DNA from: Lama guanicoe
Lineage: Eukaryota
Reading direction: 5' to 3'
Length of the DNA stretch: 44,941 bases
Assembly (NCBI GenBank): GCA_013239625.1
Contig: PNXV01006132.1
Location: 1-44,941 of the forward strand
In this document: one piece after another, positions 44,931 to 44,941 of the stretch
How positions within the stretch are numbered: position 1 is the stretch's first letter
Layout: each line of letters starts with the position of its first letter
The notes under the pieces: model-generated
Told to the model about the DNA's origin: nothing
Databases searched by the model: none
The model's input: only the letters and a program-made list of their open reading frames with translations
Program-made: the position numbers and the translations under genes

Positions 44931-44941
44931 GTGGTTGGGGG

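Overview
Mammalian genomic DNA, most likely a camelid judging by its tRNA-Ala-derived SINEs. Most of the window is the integrin alpha-E gene (ITGAE/CD103) on the minus strand. Coding exons 1-26 were traced by hand from the ATG at 42537 to the donor at 3273. All introns are GT-AG with matching phases, giving 3060 nt / 1020 codons with no stop; the transmembrane and tail exons lie beyond the left edge. The single-exon mitotic kinase gene HASPIN (GSG2) is nested antisense in ITGAE intron 26 (57..2411, + strand). The main anomaly is an in-frame TGA (1956-1958) exactly at the Arg of the HASPIN catalytic HRD motif (FEH*DLHWGN), while the rest of the kinase is intact. This is a recent CpG nonsense allele, an early pseudogenisation or a base-call error. 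Other points of interest: a 28-bp minisatellite built from copies of the ITGAE exon-12 splice donor, an in-frame microduplication in exon 15 that adds an N-glycosylation sequon, a short pure poly-Glu X domain, a perfect 47-bp palindrome and nested transposons. No new multi-gene system is evident. Comparisons to human proteins and repeat-family names come from memory, not from database searches.
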